Part shown: positions 39,863 through 43,135 of the stretch, one piece after another
How the letters are laid out: each line of letters opens with the position of its first letter
Position numbering within the stretch: position 1 is the stretch's first letter
IMG/VR virus record: IMGVR_UViG_3300010224_000023
DNA length: 43,135 nt
Source: a virus
Direction: 5' to 3' (one strand)
The notes under the pieces: model-generated
Told to the model about the DNA's origin: nothing
The model's database searches: none
What the model saw: the letters and a program-made list of their open reading frames with translations, nothing else
Translations under genes and position numbers: made by a program

Positions 39863-40221
39863 ACGGCCTCGATCCGCACTTCAAATCTCACCGCATCTCC
39901 ACTCCTCAGAGCGCACCCCTGTTTGAGCAGGACTACAGCAAGGGACGCGAGACGGAAACCTCGAAGGCTGCGTACGCGCGCGTCAAGGGCCACAAAACAG
40001 TTCAGTACGAGCAGATCAAGTCATACCTGCGTAGGTTTCCCCAGGGACGCACGAACAACGAGATCGTGGACGGCACTGGAATGAAGATCCAGTCTGTTTC
40101 GGGACGGTGCTCTGAACTCGTGAGCGACGGGATTCTCGTTCTCACTGGTGAGCGTCGGGACGGTGGAGCAGTCAAGGCGCTGAAGAATCCGCACGCAAAC
40201 GTTTTGGCGGGGGTGCAGTAA
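39859..40221 (+). CDS. Winged-helix DNA-binding protein (120 aa)
   Basis: QIKSYLRRFPQGRTNNEIVDGTGMKIQSVSGRCSELVSDGILVLTGERRDG is a MarR-like wHTH pattern common in phage early genes. Confidence 0.55.
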   Translation: MNGLDPHFKSHRISTPQSAPLFEQDYSKGRETETSKAAYARVKGHKTVQYEQIKSYLRRFPQGRTNNEIVDGTGMKIQSVSGRCSELVSDGILVLTGERRDGGAVKALKNPHANVLAGVQ

Positions 40222-40700
40222 TGGCTGAAGTCACCTATTCAAAGTGCCGCTCCTGCGATGACGGCTACATTTCCTCCCTAGCGCGCGAGAACGGATACAC
40301 GATCTGCTGGGACTGCATCGAGGCGGCGAAGGGCAACCCTTGCTTCGCGTGTGATGACCCTGCCGACTCGCGCTCGGAAGATGGCAAGCGTTGCGCGGTA
40401 TGCGAGCACCGCTTCTGGCTTAAGCATGGCCCGGATGGATTCGTAGGCGGATTTGAACGCTGGCAGGAGCATGTTGAAGCCTGGCGTGTGCGTGCTGGCA
40501 TCGACATCGAAATCCCGAAAGCCAAGACGCTGCACGAGGTCTGTGAAGCGATGCCGCGCCTGTCTCCAGAAATTACCCGCGGAGCCTACCGCCATCGTCC
40601 CTATCAGGGCGTAGGAGCAGCCGCACTCTCTATGTCCATCCTTGCCATGCTCGGCTTCGGCCTCAACGCCATGCTCGATGTTTTGGCGCGGCACCAGTAA
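40221..40700 (+). CDS. Cys-rich protein with C-terminal TM helix (159 aa)
   Basis: It has CRSC..., CWDC..., CFAC..., CAVC (four CxxC pairs). The C-terminus is AAALSMSILAMLGFGLNAML. Confidence 0.55.
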   Translation: MAEVTYSKCRSCDDGYISSLARENGYTICWDCIEAAKGNPCFACDDPADSRSEDGKRCAVCEHRFWLKHGPDGFVGGFERWQEHVEAWRVRAGIDIEIPKAKTLHEVCEAMPRLSPEITRGAYRHRPYQGVGAAALSMSILAMLGFGLNAMLDVLARHQ

Positions 40701-40725
40701 TTTCCACCCCACTAAGGAGCCTTAC

Positions 40726-41340
40726 ATGCCACTTACCTTCAAAGTCAACGCCGGATCGGGAGAGTTCAAATCCGTTCCCGCAGGTTCCCACATCGCGATC
40801 TGCAACATGGTTGCCGATATGGGGTTGCAGCCCGGAAGCGCGGCCTATCCCGCTCCAAAGCATAAGATCTTCGTCCGTTTCGAGATTCCCGAAGAGCGCG
40901 TCCAGTACGAGAAGGATGGGCGCAAGGTAGACCAGCCCGCAGTGATCGGACAGCAGTTCACCGCTTCGATGCACGAGAAGGCGACTCTCCGCATCCGCCT
41001 TGAAGGATGGCGCGGTCGCAAGTTTACCGATGAAGAGGCCGGGAACTTCGATGTATCTACCATCCTCGGTAAAGCGTGCATGTTGAGTGTCGTGGAGTCG
41101 GTTGTCGGAGATCGCGTCTATGCCAACATCGCTTCGATCAGCCCGCTACCGAAGGGCGTCCCATCTCCAACGGCAGAGAACCCGCTGATCTACTTCGCAG
41201 AAGAGAACCCTGACACGTTCAGCCAACTCCCCGAGTGGCTACGCGAGAAGATCAACGGCCAGCTTGAGCGCAAGCCCGCCGCTCCTCCCTCCTACAACTT
41301 TGATGATACGCATATCACCGACGACGATATTCCATTCTAA
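40726..41340 (+). CDS. SSB-like protein (DUF669-type?) with canonical SSB acidic tip DDDIPF (204 aa)
   Basis: AAGGAG lies 7 nt upstream of ATG 40726 (track ORF trimmed). The protein ends ...THITDDDIPF, identical to the C-terminal tip of bacterial SSB. Confidence 0.55.
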   Translation: MPLTFKVNAGSGEFKSVPAGSHIAICNMVADMGLQPGSAAYPAPKHKIFVRFEIPEERVQYEKDGRKVDQPAVIGQQFTASMHEKATLRIRLEGWRGRKFTDEEAGNFDVSTILGKACMLSVVESVVGDRVYANIASISPLPKGVPSPTAENPLIYFAEENPDTFSQLPEWLREKINGQLERKPAAPPSYNFDDTHITDDDIPF

Positions 41341-41350
41341 GGATCCAGCA

Positions 41351-41860
41351 ATGCAGCGCATGAGTTTGTATGAAATGACGGTGGAGGGGATGGAGCTTGA
41401 ATCCATCCTCTCTGAGAACGGCGGGGAATTGACGCCGGAGTTGGAATCCCGCCTTGACGCTCTGCTCTCGCAGGGCAAGGACAAGATAGAAGCCGCAGCG
41501 TGCGTGGTGCGCGAGATGGATGCCCATGCCGAAGCGTTACGCGCCGAAGCAAAGCGTCTTGCCGACCGCGCCGTGTCGTTCGACAACCAAGCCGAGCGGT
41601 TGAAGCAGCGCATGGTCTACGCCGTGGATGCGGCCTTTGGCGGAAAGCTCAAGACGGATCGCTTCACCATCTGGGCGCAGAACTCCGCCGGTGGCGTGCA
41701 GTTTGAGTGTGCTGATGTATCGAAACTCCCGGACGACCTAGTGAAAGTCACGCGCTCACTCAACAAGGACGCTGCGAAAGAACTCTACAAACGTGGCGAA
41801 CTGCCGGCAGAAATCCTCGCGGCAGAGTATGAAGGCAAACGCTATCTCCGCATTAAGTAA
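41351..41860 (+). CDS. Siphovirus Gp157-family protein (169 aa)
   Basis: MSLYEM...ELTPELESRLDAL...DKIEAAACVVREMDAHAEALRAEAKRLADRA...LKQRM...KLKTDRFTIW...LRIK follows the Gp157 pattern. The track ORF was trimmed to ATG 41351. Confidence 0.6.
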   Translation: MQRMSLYEMTVEGMELESILSENGGELTPELESRLDALLSQGKDKIEAAACVVREMDAHAEALRAEAKRLADRAVSFDNQAERLKQRMVYAVDAAFGGKLKTDRFTIWAQNSAGGVQFECADVSKLPDDLVKVTRSLNKDAAKELYKRGELPAEILAAEYEGKRYLRIK

Positions 41861-41932
41861 GGACACTCCATGCTCGATTACAACGACAACATTCCATGTG
41901 ACGAAGAAGCAACAGAGGTTTGGGAGAACTAA

Positions 41933-42376
41933 GTGCTGACACCCCGCACCCAACTGCATCGCCACAAGCGCCTGGTATGCAAGACGAGTTTGAAGGCACG
42001 AACTCCGATCAAGAAGGTGCGGGATAAGCCGAGGCGGAAGGGCAAGAAGAAGCCACCACCGCCAGTAAAGATATTTCCCGGCGGGCGTGAGGTATGCAGT
42101 AACACGGCAGCAGGCAGGGCAGAGTACAGGATTCGCAGAGATGAGATGTGGGATCGCGACCTAGGCATCTGCTGTGTGTGCGGGGAGCATGTCGATAAAG
42201 ACGAGGCCACGTTTGAGCACTGGCATGGTCGCGGCATGGGCGGTGGCAAACGGGATGATCGCACGACGAAGGACGGCAAGCCCTACAACGGCGTAGCGCA
42301 TGAGTGGTGCAACAGTTTGAAAGCCTCGACGCCGATTGAGAAGTGGCGCGAGATGAACGGAGAGAGTAATGGCTAA
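41933..42376 (+). CDS. HNH endonuclease-like protein (NinG/HNH type, 147 aa)
   Basis: The N-terminus is basic. It has CCVCGEHV....ATFEHWHGRG...AHEWCNSLKAS, the spacing expected for a Cys4/His HNH zinc finger. Confidence 0.55.
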   Translation: MLTPRTQLHRHKRLVCKTSLKARTPIKKVRDKPRRKGKKKPPPPVKIFPGGREVCSNTAAGRAEYRIRRDEMWDRDLGICCVCGEHVDKDEATFEHWHGRGMGGGKRDDRTTKDGKPYNGVAHEWCNSLKASTPIEKWREMNGESNG

Positions 42377-42896
42377 CCCAGAGAACGTGACAAAAAAGCT
42401 ATGCGATGAGTGCGAGGGGAACGGGAAAATACTCGCGATGTGCGGCGAGTGCAACGGAACAGGCTTTGAAATCAACCCTGCCGCCTCCCGTCTTGCCGAT
42501 CCAAAGGTAGAGGCAGTGGCCGAGCCAGCAGTGCCCACTCCCGCAGCAGAGGCAGTAGCCGCCCCCGTAGATGAAGAGCGCACGATATTTGAGGAATGGT
42601 GGGCGACTACAATCCACGGAACTGTCTGGAACATTGCAGATGAACGCTCGCGCATGGCTGCAAAGGATTCCTCTAGGGCCGCGTGGTATGCCTCACTGAA
42701 AACACGCATCACCCCATCAGCAGATGCGCTGGTAGAGGCGCTGGAGAAGTCGAAGCAGTTGGCCAGTATTGGTTATCGCATTGGTGAAGCTGACATGCGT
42801 GGACACGACAAAGTAGGCGAGCGGTGGAGCAAGAAGCAAGACGAACTGATTGCTGAGATAGACGCCGCCATCGCAGCCTACAAGGAGGCATTATGA
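42369..42896 (+). CDS. Protein with DnaJ-type Zn-finger repeats (175 aa)
   Basis: The N-terminus has CDECEGNG...CGECNGTG (2 x CxxCxGxG). It overlaps the HNH stop. Confidence 0.55.
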   Translation: MANPENVTKKLCDECEGNGKILAMCGECNGTGFEINPAASRLADPKVEAVAEPAVPTPAAEAVAAPVDEERTIFEEWWATTIHGTVWNIADERSRMAAKDSSRAAWYASLKTRITPSADALVEALEKSKQLASIGYRIGEADMRGHDKVGERWSKKQDELIAEIDAAIAAYKEAL

Positions 42897-43135
42897 AGAC
42901 GAAAACATGGTACGAAGAGTTCGGCACTGAATGGGTGCGCGACGAAAATAACAACCGCTGCTCGGTCAGCTATTTCGGAACGAAGGAAAAAGCAGAGGCG
43001 GCGCTCGAAAGTCTTGAGGACTGCCGTGGGTGTGTGAATTGCTACGACTGCTCCGACTGCTCCAACTGCTCCCGCTGCTCCGACTGCTCCAGCTGCTCCA
43101 GCTGCTCCAGCTGCTCCCGCTGCTCCCGCTGCTCC
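42893..43135 (+). CDS. 5' part of the junction-spanning Cys-x-x repeat protein (continues at 56..532)
   Basis: ATGA coupling at 42893..42896. It encodes MKTKTWYEEFGTEWVRDENNNRCSVSYFGTKEKAEAALESLEDCRGCVNCYDCSDCSNCSRCSDCSSCSS..., open to the window end on a codon boundary. Confidence 0.8.
   Translation, partial: MKTKTWYEEFGTEWVRDENNNRCSVSYFGTKEKAEAALESLEDCRGCVNCYDCSDCSNCSRCSDCSSCSSCSSCSRCSRCS
43022..43135 (+). repeat. Coding 9-bp tandem repeat, 3' window edge (includes the terminal overlap 43081..43135)
   Basis: A TGY codon recurs every 9 nt from 43022. Confidence 0.95.

Overview
The window appears to be one complete temperate phage genome. The first 55 nt (1..55) are identical to the last 55 nt (43081..43135), and an ORF reads in frame across that junction, so the unique length is about 43,080 bp and the contig is circularly closed or permuted. 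GC content looks high by eye and the host is unknown. Most genes are tightly packed, and many are linked by ATGA or TAATG start/stop overlaps.

Minus strand, 37081 down to 3803: (1) an early module with a LexA-DNA-binding-domain-only regulator, a J-domain protein, dUTPase, an XRE regulator, a replication organiser with internal iterons, a receiver-like protein, a C5-methyltransferase-like protein, RusA, and several small Zn-ribbon and HTH proteins; (2) an intrinsic terminator; (3) a podovirus-type late module with TerS, TerL, GNAT, a cupin-like protein, portal, scaffold, HK97-type major capsid, a cement-like protein, T7 gp11/gp12-like tail tube proteins, three internal/ejection proteins (one of 2021 aa), a tail fibre, two large signal-peptide-bearing enzymes, and a lysis cassette.

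Plus strand, 37132 through the junction to 3276: a switch-adjacent accessory cassette, then small early genes (wHTH, SSB-like with a DDDIPF tail, Gp157-like, HNH, Zn-finger proteins, a Cys-triplet-repeat protein, DUF551), then excisionase and a tyrosine integrase. Next to the integrase is an attP core that copies the 3' 45 nt of an initiator tRNA-Met.

I found no rRNA, no complete tRNA, no CRISPR array and no reverse transcriptase.

Most interesting observations: the four-gene cassette at 37330..39141 (secreted micro-peptide, 7-TM protein, TM protein, HARE-HTH protein); the 27-unit Cys-x-x repeat protein spanning the junction; the Sec-signal-bearing tailspike-like enzymes; and the polyvalent-looking 2021-aa internal protein.

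All functional calls come from motif recognition by eye. No database search was run.
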